This document shows positions 12,893 to 26,361 of a stretch of DNA of 64,000 nt, in pieces. The notes beneath the pieces were generated by a model. It was not told the origin of the DNA and did not search any database. It worked only from the letters and a program-made list of their open reading frames with translations. Location: contig JALMLS010000556.1 of assembly GCA_038496445.1 (NCBI GenBank), positions 186,001-250,000 on the forward strand, given 5' to 3'. Numbering within the stretch: the stretch's first letter is position 1; every line of letters starts with the position of its first letter. The translations under genes and the position numbers were made by a program. The DNA comes from Trichosphaerium sp. ATCC 40318. Taxonomy: Eukaryota; Protista; Tubulinea.

Positions 12893-13372
12893 GATTGTTG
12901 TTAAGATCAAGAGATGTTGCAATGTGTGGGAGCGATTGAATTTATGAACATGTATACCACTTTCAATCAACTATTTCATCAATCTTTAAAACGAGTTCCT
13001 TCCACTTTATCAATCTTCTGCATCTCAATCTGCACAGCTGTTCACACAAACACCTTTTTAATCTTTGCTATGTAGTTAATATTCCTCTGCTACGCTAGGA
13101 TAGCCCGTTACCTAGCTTATACTTAAGTTAGATAAAGTTATATGTACACGACTGCTAATTTATAAAATCTATTTTGATTGATTGAACTTGACAGATTACC
13201 CTCAGTATTGCCTCTGATAAACAAGCAGGTACAACAATTTAGTGAAAGGTGTTGTTTTATTACTTGTGTCCACGATTCGTATGGCGTCATGCCGGGTAAT
13301 TTTCTTTTGGAGTAAACGTTTACAAAACGCGGAAAAACAGGCGGAAAAAGTCAGTGTCATAAAAACATCAGC

Positions 13373-14353
13373 ATGTCAGCAACAAAAGTCGCAGTAGTTA
13401 TTGGTGTAGGTCCAGGGCTTGGTGGTGCTATTGCTGAAAAATTTGCAGCAGAAGGATTCGCCGTTGCAATTGTAGCAAGGTCTAAGGATAAACTAGATGC
13501 TCTAGCAGCTAAAATAGAGGCTTCAAAAGGGAAAGTACTCGCTATACAAGCAGATGCATGTGACGAAGCGAAAGTAACGGAGACATTCGCTACTATAAGG
13601 TGTGTTGTAGCGTTATACGCGTTGTTAGTAATATTTTGATGTAGATCGACTCTAGGCGAAGTAAACGTACTAGTATACAACGCAGCAACGCGTCCATTAC
13701 CAAAGAAGGGTATTCTCGAGCTATCTAACGAAGATTTTAAAACTGGCTTGAACGTTAATTGCTACGGAGCCTTCCTCGCAATAAAAGCTGTTCTACCAAA
13801 CATGGTACAGCAAAAGGTACGCCATAAAACAAAAACGGTTTTATTGTTTGTTTCTTCAACTAAAATACATCTAGTCTGGTACTATTCTATTCACTGGCGC
13901 TACAGCAAGTGTTAAAGGCAGTGCTAAATTCGCAAGTACGTCCTCTTCGGGATTTAGAAGCCTTTTTGTTAGACCAATAATTTATGTTTGTTTGACAGGC
14001 TTCGCTACCGGAAAGTTCGCTCTACGCGCACTAGCGCAGTCTACTGCCCGCGAATTTGGTCCCCAGGGCATTCATGTATCTCATATAGTCGTTGATGGTG
14101 CGTTTTACAAAAAAGAAAACTAGTCACGTGCTCTCTAAGAGTAAAACTGTTTGTACCAAGAAAGGTTTATGCTGATAATTCTTGCGTAGGTATTATTAAT
14201 ATGCCTTTCACAAGAGCTGCAATTCCGCAACTTCAAGATAAAGATGTAATGAGCACATCAGCCATGGCAAACCAATATTGGAACTTGCATAAACAAGATA
14301 AATCAACATGGACATTTGAACTAGATTTACGACCATTTGGTGAAAAGTGGTAG
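13373..14353 (+). CDS. Classical short-chain dehydrogenase/reductase, 5 exons
   Basis: VIGVGPGLG, LVYNAA, ILFTGATAS, FATGKFALRALAQSTAREFGPQGIHVSH and C-terminal WTFELDLRPFGEKW. Confidence 0.93.
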
Positions 14354-14722
14354 TACCCAAGCAAAAAGAATAGTCCTGTTTACTGCTACACATAGCGCAC
14401 CTGTTATACATAATAAATATACCTCTTGTCATTTTTAGTATCCAGGAAACGCTTGAATGGGTTGGGTTCTTTGAACGCTGGTATGTATTTATGGGGTGGA
14501 ACAATTCCTACGTGAGGTTACCTATGTGCGGTTATGATTCTCTTGGTGTACCAATTATCGCGGAGTTTTTTCAGGAGCACACTTATGCGGAGACTTGTTA
14601 AAGCTAGCTGTACAGTTGCTTGAGAACTAGTTTGGTTTGACTGGCAAAATCATGAATGTTCATTGGTGTTCACCACATTTCCATTCAAAACTTCTTCGGA
14701 ACACCTTTTTCTACTGCACTCC

Positions 14723-17700
14723 ATGAGTTGGTTAATATACTCTTTGGTATTGGCTGTAGTATTATCTCCTGTTTTGGGACAGGAAACGCTTACAAACATT
14801 ACTATAGGTACGGTTTAACAGTTTATTCTTTGATTTATTGTTTAATAATGTTTAGGGCTTTCTTTACCTGCGAGCCAACCTAATTTCGTTCATCTTGTTA
14901 TTGACGCCAAGTAAGCCATTAAATCAATCGATTTTACGTCAATTACGGTTGTCACGTGATTTTAGATTGTTTTTTGTTTGTCGCATCATTTGACGTTTTC
15001 CTTATAAACTCCAATAGGCAGGGGTTTGATTTCGCTGCGAAATGGATAAAAGAACACCCTATAAATGTCCGTACATTAATACGAGACCACTGTTTTGAAA
15101 AAAAGAATAACTCCTTTAAATAGATCTCTGATGGAAAAGGTGGTAGCCTCAAATTGGGGTTTGATTTTGATATTTTGGACGATGGGTTTAACCCACAGAA
15201 GATCATTAATAACTACGATCAGTTTATAAAGAACAAAAAGACATCTATTCTAGTTGGTCCATTATTTACGTTATCTACTATTATGAGTCAACACGCAGAG
15301 AGGCATAATTGGGCTTCATGTACACTTTTTTTTAATTTTTTCTGTTTTTCTGGCTTTGTTGTCTTGTAGCTCATACGTTCTTTTCTAGTTCACTGGATGA
15401 GCTATGAATTTGGTGTGGCTAGAAGAGGATTATCTATAGTCTCTCCGCCAGACACATACTTTTTGTAAGCGTCATACTAAACCATCCTTCTCACTACTTT
15501 TCTAGCTCGACGGTGTCTTCGTTGCGATTAGCTGGAGCAAAAACTGTATCCTTAATATGGACTGCGGACTCTGAGAGAAATTGTAACTCCCCTGAATTCG
15601 ATGAATACCTCAAGGATAATGCACTTGAGGTCTTAGGAAAATATCCACTTATCTCGTTCAGTGGTGAGTATTCAACTGTAGTTAGCTAAAAACTTGTAAG
15701 TTTTCCACTACTAAGCCTCGTTTAGGAAGTGGGTTGAACAGTAATACTGATCCGAGTCTCTACCCAGAAGAACTTGTAAAAAATTACACTTCTACGGCAG
15801 ATAAAGTAATGGTTACAGACCCAGATGTTTGGATGTTTTGTTCGACAGTAGCACAAGCAGGAAATATTTTAATGAGCCATTTCAGAGATCACGACTATAC
15901 ACCACGTGCATTTTTGGGAGAAATACCTATTTCTGGATCTTCTTTATTAGATCCTGAGCTTACAGCTTTTCGGGGCGGTGTCTCTTCAGTACGTAACTAA
16001 CAAGCCCTTCACCAGAATTATGTGTATTTGGAAACAAATCCTATTTTTTCTTATTTGTTTTTTAGTTTGAAGCCACTGCAGAATACCCAAAAACGACTTA
16101 CGGTACAATGACGGAATTCTTTAATGACATCAAGAAAGAATATAACACTACAGCGTCAGAGTTTCATTTGAATGCTTACATTTTGAGTTTAATGTTAAAA
16201 AATGCCATTGAAAGTGTAGCAAAAGAGCATGTTCTATACGTACGCCCTCTCACGTAGTTTTTGTTTTAAATATTGTACTCAGGTCGATGAAAATGGGAGA
16301 CTATCCATAGATGTTTCAGGACGCGCTGGAAATTGCACGTGTGCTGTACGATGAGTTTTAGAACAATCAACTTTCCGACTCTTTGTTTTGTAAATCTTTG
16401 TTCACGCTTCGTTTAGACGATTGAAGATGAAGGCATTTTGCTGTTTCAAAATGAGTTATTCCAAGCTATGTTCTCTATGAAGATTGATACAATTAGTGGT
16501 AGATACTCCTGGGGAACAGATCATAGACAACAACGTGAGAGCGTGTTTTTTCAATATGTCAACGGAAACCGAGAAGTAGTTGCTCCTGAAAGAATAAAAA
16601 CAAGATCATTAGTATACCCAATGCCAACATGGTCCGAAAGAGAATTTAAACAAGAATACGGTATGACACAAAACAAACAACAGGAGGCAACTCCGAAAAC
16701 ATATTTGAGTTGTTTTCAGTGAAAAGATCTTACTGGTTTTTTAGGACATTACACGGAGATAACGGCAACTGCTGTTGTAATTTTACTTTCCCTTATAAGT
16801 ATTGGTTTGCTTGTTTATATATCAATCGTAAAATTCACAATGTGGATACCAATTTCTGCAAGAAAGATCGTACTGGTGAGTCAACGTTAAAAGCAAGTCA
16901 CAAAACCCACAGACTTTTCTTCCCACTCTATCTCCGAGTTATTTGATGTTTTAATAATTGGTTTAGGCAGCCTCTCCTGTATTCCTTGCTTTGATACTTA
17001 TTGGGAGTATTTTACTTTATGTCAGTGTTTTGTTTGGAATGCCGAATGTTGTTTCAAAAATAACTTGTATCTCAAGAATGTGGTTTCAAACTCTTGGCTT
17101 TGTTCTTCTTTTTGGGTACCAAGCTCATTTGTATATATCGCTCATTCTTACACTATCTCCCTATAGACCTTTGTTTGCTAAAACACTGCGAATTGAGCGA
17201 CTCTTCAGGACTAAAAGTACAAAAATTTTTAGTATTTCAAACAAAACTGTTATTATCTGGGTCGGTGCTTTATTAGGTGTCTACATAAGTCTATTGATAA
17301 TAATGGTACGGACTGATACGCCATATTCTTTGGCAATCATCTCACTTATTTATACAGACAGTACTTAATGGTTATGACATTGAGATGGTAATTGTCGATG
17401 ACCTAAGACCGATACATAATTACAACAAATGTCGACTAGAGTTGACTTTCAGGATTTTCTTTTACATCATCTACTCTCTAAACGTAAGCAATATTTGGTA
17501 AACCTTATCATTCGTAGTATTCGCTAATGATATGTATAGAGTCTGTTGATTGTTGTAGGGGCTGTTTTGGCGTACCGTGTTAGACATATTCCGATTAAAA
17601 AATACAATGAATCTAAAGTGATTTTCTTTGCTATTTATAACATTTTCTTCTTTGCTGCGCTTGCTCTTGGATTATCATTTGCAAAATTAGATAGATTCAC

Positions 17701-18068
17701 AAGGTTTTTAATTGTATCATGTCTTATACTTGGCGGTACAGGTGCGTAGTACCAAAAGAAGAAAAAAACCGGAACCTCATTTCAATCTTTTGGTTTTAGC
17801 AGTTTATACGTACTCACGTGGACTCTAACTAATTTATTAGCTTTGACGATATTATCGTTATTTGGGCAAATGTGTATGATAAGCACTAGTCTAAAACAAC
17901 AACGAAAGAGGAATGCACAAGAATTTGATACAAAAAGTACGTTGCCACCCAAAAAAAAAAAACACTTGTTTAGCTTTACGGCATCAACCGATGGAAAATT
18001 TTTAAACTAACTTATTTTTAGTTGATTCAGCTTATACAACATCAACAGTAATATCAGGGGCAGACTAG
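14723..18068 (+). CDS. Class C (GABA-B-like / Dictyostelium Grl-like) GPCR with periplasmic-binding-protein-type ectodomain
   Basis: Signal peptide MSWLIYSLVLAVVLSPVLG; ectodomain fragments (FDFDILDDGFNPQ, ILVGPLFT, IDTISGRYSW); 7TM motifs ASPVF..LILIG, CISRMWFQTLGFVLLFG..LFAKTLRI and KYNESKVIFFAIYN. Confidence 0.85.
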
Positions 18069-19021
18069 ACCTGCGAATTGAGTAAGAGTGCTGAAGCCAC
18101 AATCAACCAAAAAAGTGTACAAAATATCCAAAAAAATAAAGGCTGTTGCTTTTCCAGTAAACAAATCAAACCTAGATCTACAAAAGTAAGCTCAAGAACA
18201 AATTAGCTTCAATTTAATGGCTGTACAAACCAGGTTTTACGGACGTTTGAGACTAAGGGAGGTTGGCGACTTAACGTACAAAGTCAACAACCTAGAGGCG
18301 TAACAACGGCTTACAATGTACTCGGAACAGTTTTTTTGTTTTTCGGTGATTGTTTTATTGTGTGACTCTTAATAAAACAAGGGTCTCAGGCTTCGTGACC
18401 AAGCGGTCAAGCCAAGAGATAGGTTCTCCTCCAATCTGGTGTTTGTTGTTTGTAGGAGCCAATGGACGATAGGGATCTAACACTTTCGACGTTAATTTTG
18501 GCTTCGCTTCTACCTCTACAGTAGCTTCTGATAGTCAATATATCTACTCTCCTTGCCAACCAAAGACCAAAACCCGAAATAAACTATGCTATACCGTCAG
18601 TAGTTTATGGCAATTGTTAGTTTGTTAAAGCACTTCTTAATACAAGTATTACCTCTAAAAGGATCTTTAACAAAAGGTATACCACTTGATTGGCCTGTGA
18701 CAATATTTTCGAAGAATACAATTTATTCGATCTTACTTTCCAAAATGCTCAGTGGCTACGCAGAAGATCAACGTGAGACCACTACATTCTTTTTTTCTCA
18801 TTTTTTTCTGAATCTTTGTAGAAACTCGTATTTTTTTCATTACCATTAAAAAAGTTCTTTCATAAAATTTATCTTTCGTTTTAGTGATGAAGGCTGCAAT
18901 ACAAAACGCTGTACTACCAAAAACACATGACATCAATGACTTAGAATGGAAGTAATATTGGGACCAGCCTTATTATTCAATCTTATTACAACATTGTAGG
19001 AACACGTTTGTTTGTAGGGTA

Positions 19022-20239
19022 TTACATGCCATGTACAAGTAAAACACCCATTTCATCGGCAGCTTTTTTGAAGTCATTAACTTTCTTACAATCTACCTCT
19101 AAGTACTGGAGAGACGTCAAATATTTCAGATGACTAGGTATTATTCTATCACATTGTCGAATACTAAGGTACTTGAGGCTAATCAAATACTCAAATCCTG
19201 ATCCTCTTATGTTATTGCAGATTGAGAGTGTTAGGTGTTTCAAGTGGCTCAAGCATTTGAAACTGTTGTCTACTACGGTAGGCAAGTTATTAATGTTGAG
19301 GTGATCGACAGTGCTTAAGTTGTCTAGACAGTTTGTTTGAAGCTTCCAACATAAGCCAAGTGTTAGATATTTAAGGCATACCAAATGCTCGAAGCAAGAA
19401 CCTGTGATAGAGTTGCAATTGCTAAGCTTGAGTTGCTTGAGATTTACCAACTGCTTCAAACTCAAGTCTGAAATATTGTAACAATCTATGAGTTCAAGTT
19501 GCTCTATGTTGTTGTTTAAATGTATAAAAGCGTCATCCTTTGTATCTGAGTTAGTTAAGGTTAAGTGCTTGGTATTGTGTAGTGCTTTGACTTGATCTTC
19601 TTCAAGAGCAGACCATGTATTAAAAGGGCACCATTCTATGCGAACTGTGTTAACATTGCCAAGGTGCTTGAGCCAACCAGGTTTTGGGCGACTGAGTGTA
19701 ATGTCATGTACATCCTTAAGCGCCTTTATACCTTCAACAGTAATACGCCTACAATAACCAATATTGATGGTATGCACAGATTTGAGAGCCTTCAATGAAA
19801 CATCTGTTACGAATGTGTTCGCAATATTGATACTATGGATATTGTGTTGCTGTCCTCCAACGAGCGATAGAATACTGTTATCATTAAGTAAAACATATTC
19901 CATATGTATGGTGTGAACACCACGAAGATAAGTCATGTTAGTAGCGCTTAGTGAGAATCTCTGGCCGGCAAAAATATTTCCGTGATTACATATAATTTTG
20001 GTGTTTTTTAGTAACGGACTGCCTTCTAGAACACGACAATCTAAAGCCTCTATGAGACCAATGGTAATAAACCCAATATTATCACGAATAACGTCATTGA
20101 ACACGTGACAAACTGTGGTCGCTTTAACACGCTGCGTTTTATTTAAATAACTTAGCAGGTGCGTCAATGTCTCTGGTGGAAGATATTGAAGTGATATTAG
20201 CTCGCTAGAACGTGCTTGCTGGCGTTTGTTACTTGTCAT
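19022..20239 (-). CDS. Intronless F-box + LRR protein, divergent copy B
   Basis: LQYLPPETLTHLLSYL..VCHVFN F-box, then LRGVHTI, LKSVHTINI..ITVEGIKAL and LxxLKxLxLSxCNxIxGxxFExL repeats. Confidence 0.88.
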   Translation of the reverse strand: MTSNKRQQARSSELISLQYLPPETLTHLLSYLNKTQRVKATTVCHVFNDVIRDNIGFITIGLIEALDCRVLEGSPLLKNTKIICNHGNIFAGQRFSLSATNMTYLRGVHTIHMEYVLLNDNSILSLVGGQQHNIHSINIANTFVTDVSLKALKSVHTINIGYCRRITVEGIKALKDVHDITLSRPKPGWLKHLGNVNTVRIEWCPFNTWSALEEDQVKALHNTKHLTLTNSDTKDDAFIHLNNNIEQLELIDCYNISDLSLKQLVNLKQLKLSNCNSITGSCFEHLVCLKYLTLGLCWKLQTNCLDNLSTVDHLNINNLPTVVDNSFKCLSHLKHLTLSICNNIRGSGFEYLISLKYLSIRQCDRIIPSHLKYLTSLQYLEVDCKKVNDFKKAADEMGVLLVHGM

Positions 20240-20663
20240 TATGGATACTGCTCGCTTCGAAAATTAGCGTTGGGCGACGTAAAAAAGAATTCCCAAAGCG
20301 GAGTCTAACTTATTAAACGCGACAAAAAAAAAATATGGATAGTAAAATTTTATTTACAGCTCTTGAACTTACATTATCTTCAAATGACTTACAAAAGTTT
20401 CTCTGTAAACGCCTGTGTTGCTACAAGGTAATATAAATCGGAAATGCTCAAAGCATCTTTTTGAAGAACAGTCACAAATTGTATGTGTGAACGTTAAAGG
20501 CAGTTTTAACAAATCCAAAGTCATTCGGCACCTATCACTAGTAATTCAGTAGGATGTTGTGTTTGACCAACCTAACTGATTAACCTAAGCAATAGCTGAA
20601 AATATATGGTGATGGAAGTCAGGAGAATAGGTTTATCACGTTGTGGAGACCCCAAAAAATGTT

Positions 20664-23053
20664 TCAATTGAGTGTCAATATTTTTTTACCTCCAGGATTT
20701 GTTGCATTTGCGAGTCTGTCAATCAATACCTGTTTGTTTCCTTGCTTGTTAAGGTTCAATGTACTATAGTGTCTTGAAGAGAATGATTTTTTCTTGTTTT
20801 CTACCATTTCCGGGGTCAGGTGAGCATGGCCTTATAACACTTTTGTGTAAAAATCGTGACACAAATCTCTGTGCCATTCTTTGGCCTTACTTTTTCTCTT
20901 TTCTATCCATAACTTTTATTTTTTCATGGCCAATTATGGTGTCGCAATGGGTTTTACATACATGCAAGAGCGGATTGGGAGGGTTTTTTGGGCTGTTTAA
21001 AAATTGTTACTATGAATAATTTTTCAACTTACTACCCGGAAAGAGCTAACATCACCTTTAGTGTTTTCTCATCTTATTAATAGTGCGCTAACAACTACGA
21101 AACAGAATACATTAGACCTTACAGTCTCCCAGTTGAGATGATAGTACATATCCTTACTTGGAATATTTATTCTTCGCCAGCATGTCAGGTTCAAGTGCAA
21201 CCCTTCTTAAACTAACGTGCAATATAATATGGTACGCTTGTGGTCCAACAACAAGCCAATAAATAGAGCTTGATCAATATGACAGGATCCTAGTACACAA
21301 GCCTAGTGGTTGTACTGGATAATTTGATGAATTTATTTAAAGAATCAGTGTGATTCATTCACTGTTAATAGTAACCTCGTGTATCAGATACTATGACGGA
21401 TACAGTATTACTTATCCTGTTAAAGAAAGAGCTAACGTAATTTTTACATTGAACTCTTGCTCCAGCATCAAAGTAAGCAGGGCACCACTATTAACCGAAT
21501 AAGTAAAGCATTAGAACGTAGAAATAATACTCATGCCACTCGCCAAGAAAAAAACAAGAAAACACCAAATAAGAAAAAAAAAAGGAAGCGCTTCTCAGCT
21601 TATACGCACACTAGTATTCTTCTCAACCCAACAATTTCCATGGATGTCACGTATTGATAAATGAGACGAGTAACATTTTATATCAAAATATTTAGGTTTC
21701 ATCCAATCTCCAAAGTAAGATTTCAAAAGTTTGTCATCACATGATCCCTTTACACCTGCAACAAAAAATCAATTTCTTCATTTGATCCTTCAAGTATCAG
21801 CACTTGAATACTACCTGATAAGTGTGCCCTCTCTGGGTAAATAAAAGGCCCTGCGTGAAGTTTGTTATATCCTGAAGAATAGCTGGTTGATGTTGTATCA
21901 TCCTCAGAAAGAAGTGGTGATACACCAATATCAGCAGGTTTGACATTATCTTCTTTCTTAAAAAACTCTGTGAATCTATCAAAGAAAGCAGCATAAATAG
22001 CCCTAAACAAGTATTACAACAACAAGTAAAGTACGCAAAAAGAACAATGTTGTAAGTTGCATCTATTCTGATTTGTCTTACTCTTTGCTTGTAATGCTTA
22101 TTGGCTTTGTATCATCAGTGCCTCTAGTTAAAATAATATCACAATCAGATGAAAGCATAGTCATTGTCAAAGCTGCCAAGTGGATCCTATCAATACCTAC
22201 AGAAGATGCAATACGTTCTGGTACTGAATAATTAACAACTTCTGGTTCACCAATTTGTGGTTTGAAGTCTTTTCCTTTTCGAAAAAACTTGTTGCTCCTT
22301 AAAATATACGTATAAAATCAATTTAAATGACAAGGAGAGTGAAAAGAAAAAACCAAAACAAAAAATGATGAGTCCAAAAAATTTGCAACAGACAAACGCG
22401 TACTCGTGTTTTATAGATGTGGAAGTTATTGTTTCATAGTGTAAAGATGAAGCTAAAAGGATAAGATTATTGTCAGAAAAAATGACGAAAACTATCACGT
22501 GAGTACAACTCAAAAGCCTAATTAAAAAAAAATTGGCTCACAGCGACAAACCTTCTTCAATGTCCCCTATGCCATCAAAAGGCATGCTACTGCTTTCTAT
22601 ATCGCAACATCTGTCATACCAAGATTTACCAGGTTTCAAAGGCAAAAGCTAACAAAAGTGAGAATCAAATCGAAAACATTTCTATCGGAAGTCTGAGGCT
22701 GTCGAAAAACCGACTTATTTAGATTAAAATGGCGCTATCGCCTTCATGTACTATATGAGAGTCATTGCGCACCTTTGTTGACGATTCGAACTGTTCTAAA
22801 GCGATTTTTTTCCACACAGCGTCAGACGTCGCCACTTTCCTCCAAAACTATCAAAATAAGCATATTTACGCTATTTATTATGTTTTTGTTCGTTTAATAT
22901 TAAAATCAATTGTTTTCGTTGTACTTGACACACTAGAGCTGCGGACATGCGTATATCATCTTCTGAAGAGTAGAAAAAGATGTTTAACAAAACGTCGTGG
23001 TTCAATTCTACAAAATGTTTATTTGGTGCTCTTTCATCATCTTCGCATTCCAT
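20664..23053 (-). CDS. Multi-exon F-box protein with probable BTB-like and C-terminal SAP-like segments; possibly partly decayed
   Basis: FVELNHDVLLNIFFY..ALVCQ|FWRKVATSDAVWK (F-box). SDCDIIL..AIYAAFFDRFTEFF..EIDFLLQ (BTB-like). LNLNKQGNKQVLIDRL (SAP-like). The exon near 21240-21420 has stops in every frame I tried. Confidence 0.55.
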
Positions 23054-23340
23054 GACTCTCTACAAGTTATTCTAAAACTACTACTTATCAATGTAGAATT
23101 TTCATGAAAATATGATAAATTTGTACTTGAAGGACGCCCGTAAGCTTCTTTTAAACCTCCAATGTGTAGCACGTACGCTACGTTCTACTCTTACTAGTAC
23201 ACAATATATGGATCTTGCAGAGTTGAGCGAGGCTACATCTCCTTTGCAAGAACTTTCACACATAAGATTGATAGGTAGTGGTGACTGTAGACTACAACAT
23301 TACAATGCTAGGGTGATTGATACAGGTATTGGTGACTATA

Positions 23341-23565
23341 GACTATGGCAGCATCGCTTTGAGACAGTTTCGAAAATTACAGAAATTTATGTTTTTTCGA
23401 GAACCTTGGTGACGTTTTTACTCACCTCAGAACCATCTTAAACTTCAATTGCTATTTATAATATGTGTATATGACACTATACTTATAGGTGCAATGTGTA
23501 TTTTGCGATTCGTTTATGGTGTACCAAAGAAAAGTACGGACAATCAAAGTAATATTTTTCAAAAC
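23341..23565 (+). repeat. Dispersed ~225-bp repeat, copy 1 (inverted relative to 26800-27032)
   Basis: gactatggcagcatcgctttgagacagtttcgaaaatt..ttttactcacctcagaaccat..ctatacttatag..gattcgtttatggtgtaccaaagaaaagtac aligns with the reverse complement of 26800-27032. Confidence 0.8.
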
Positions 23566-23706
23566 AAGAAAATTCCAAGAATATTTCAGTTTGTTTGAAA
23601 TTGCTTGTAACAGATTAGCTATATTAACAGCAACTACGAATTAGTATATAGCTTGTTTTCGCTGCATTTTATTTAATAAATGGTTTTAGATGCACCAAAT
23701 TTGCAA

Positions 23707-26361
23707 TCAAACAAGGCTGTAAAGAATACATACAATACCAAGGATAACAGCTTTGACAACATTAAAAGACAGCACGCCCTCAGAAGTAACAGTAGGATTT
23801 GAGATTACTCGTTCATTTCCTTCAGTAACAGTAGATGGTTTAAGTCCAGTGACAGCCTACATTCGGTAAGACCACTTAAGCAACAAAAAGCTATCAAAAA
23901 CAAAACAAAAAAACAATTACCGTCATCGTGACGTTTGAGGCGTTAAACGAATCTTTCGTCATTTGAATAGCTGCTGGATCACTTAAATATGAAGACACAA
24001 TTGAGGCTGCATTATCATCTATAGGAGCATGTTAGAGTTGTTTGGTAACCAACAATACAAAATAACAAAAAGCACGTGCCTAAAATTCTCACGTCAAATT
24101 GAGTACCAGCCTGTCTCTTTAAAGTTGTTGGAGAAACTGTAACATTGACGGATAACTGGTTTGAAAATATATCTATTATTATAATTATAAAACCTTGTAT
24201 ATCACCTATAACAACAAACGATATTCTGATGCTAATATCTAAAAACAACATATTAGAGTTGACTAAAAGGTTATTCATTCTTTTTTCTTTTTTTTTTCCT
24301 TCTATCAAAAACTATTTGTACCATTCGTTATACATGCTTTACTTGTACTCGAGAACTCAACAATGCCTGAACCAAGTTGCCATGAGTAAATTGTATTTTC
24401 TTTATCGAACGTAAACTCTATAGGTCCATTGTCGGCTGCTGGATAGTATTCATTCCTCGGTCCTTCAAAAACAGTTGGAACAAATGCTGAAGTATCCGCA
24501 GAATCAAAAGTGTTTATGATATTGTTGTCTCCATATTCTATTGTTATGCTCGTCTCCTGTTTTCATTGATGAGTAAGTAAGTCTTAAATTAGTTCTTGAG
24601 CTAACTTACCGATGTGTCATATCCTAAGTAAGCCACATAAGATCCTTTAATTAGAGCTACACAATCCAGTCGGGGTTTTATCTAAAAACAAGCTTGATGA
24701 GATATATTATAAGCTCTTCCGGAACTCACGTTTGGTAGTGGTGCTGCAGTTGGAGCTACAGTCGTTGATGGTGTGTATGGAGGTGGCGTAGGAATAGCAG
24801 GGGTTGGGGCATCAGGCGACAAAGGAGGTAGCGTATTTTGAACAGGTGGCAAAGTAACATCTGGAGCATGCGTTGTTCCAGGAGCAAGTGGTGGTAACGT
24901 TAGTTGAGTAGGTTGTGGTGTTACAACAGGTGAACGTGTAGTAGGTACTTCATTCGTTGATGGAGCCTCGGTAGTTGGTGTTTCAGTAGTAGGAGATTCA
25001 GTTTTTGGAGCCTCAGTTGTTGGAGTGTCTTAAGACTAGTATTAGTACACCATGTTAAAACTATATTTTCACGTACCCATTGATGTGAATGCGTTTTGCA
25101 ATCCTGCAATTTTACTACATCCAACACAACCATTGGAAGTGTTTTTTGCGTTGGTCAAATTAGCTGCGCCATTTGCAACCCAATTTGATTCTCCATCAGC
25201 GAGATAGTAATGATTCTCAGCACATGACGTACTTCCATTAACAAGTTTATCAGGATGGTCGACTGTACCAAAAAAGTACGATTCATCTTCAGGCAACCTC
25301 CACCAATTCCCGTTTGTGTCTTTAGCCATAAACGCGTACGGTTCGCATTCAGCTGATTTAGGCTGCCTGCTAACATAAAACGCTGATGTAGAAGGCTCGC
25401 CAATGCTATTATCCCCACTAGAGGAAGAAGACCCATAGTCACTTTCGACAATGGTATCCATAGTAATCATTGTATCTTTGTACAGTAAATACACTTTATC
25501 AACGGATACAGGTTCGTCTTTCTTTCCGCCAAAAAATTGAACCATAAATGTAAAGTCGTCTTGATCCCAATCAAAATGTGTCGCGTGCGGGAACACGTGA
25601 TCCTCCCAATCTTCTGTATCATATATACCTACCATAGTAGTAGACCCTTGAGGGTAATAACCGATACCTTGGTGATTATAACGTTCATTAAATACCATAC
25701 CACAATGAGATGATGAACTTGTTAGTGCTGTATTACCTCCCCAAATTCCTTCTGATCCAATGTCGTTCCAAGAATTTGATGTAAATAACAATTGTATCAT
25801 ACCCTTCGTACGATATTTATATCCGCACTGACCCCACGAATTATGTACGCAATAACTACAACACGTGAAATGTGATGTTTGTTGGTCTTGGCAAGTATGA
25901 CTCGCATTACTTCTAGAGCATCCAGAGTGCACAGTTGCTCCAGAATAAGAATTATATCTTGCAGCTTGGACAGCTTCTGACATGAAGTAAAATGGTTTCG
26001 TTGCTGGTACACTTGTTTCATTACAGTTACTGGCATACGAACCACTAAATCCCCATTCAGAACCGGCATAGAACCCTGAGTATAATCTCGCCATGTTACG
26101 CATTAAAAAGTCCGTTCTTTCTTGTACGTTCGGATGTATAGCTAATACGTCAACATCTCCCGGTCCTGAGTAGATTAATGGACATTGTGGTGTTTTATCT
26201 CCAACACAGCATGTTTGTTGCGGAATTGGGTAACGGCATGATGGATCAGCGTCGATTAGATTGTATTTTGAAGGATAGAGGCCTGTTTGGCCTGCTTGAC
26301 CTTGTACGTTCCAAATTGCACACAAAGTGCACAAAACAAGGCACCAAGTTCCTGAATTCAT
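23707..26361 (-). CDS. Secreted, probably GPI-anchored CAP/SCP-like protein with Pro/Thr mucin-like stalk
   Basis: Signal peptide; HPNVQERTDFLMRNMAR..KPF..AVQAARYNS..SHTC..EGIWGG..SSSHCGMVF..HQGIGYY (CAP-like); P/T-rich linker at 24730-25035; hydrophobic C-terminal tail AVILGIVCILYSLV*. Confidence 0.75.

Noticed and set aside
18389-18415. tRNA-like start GGCTTCGTGACCAAGCGGTCAA
   Set aside because: There is no T-loop GTTCRA or acceptor-stem complement; retained only as part of a generic ncRNA candidate.
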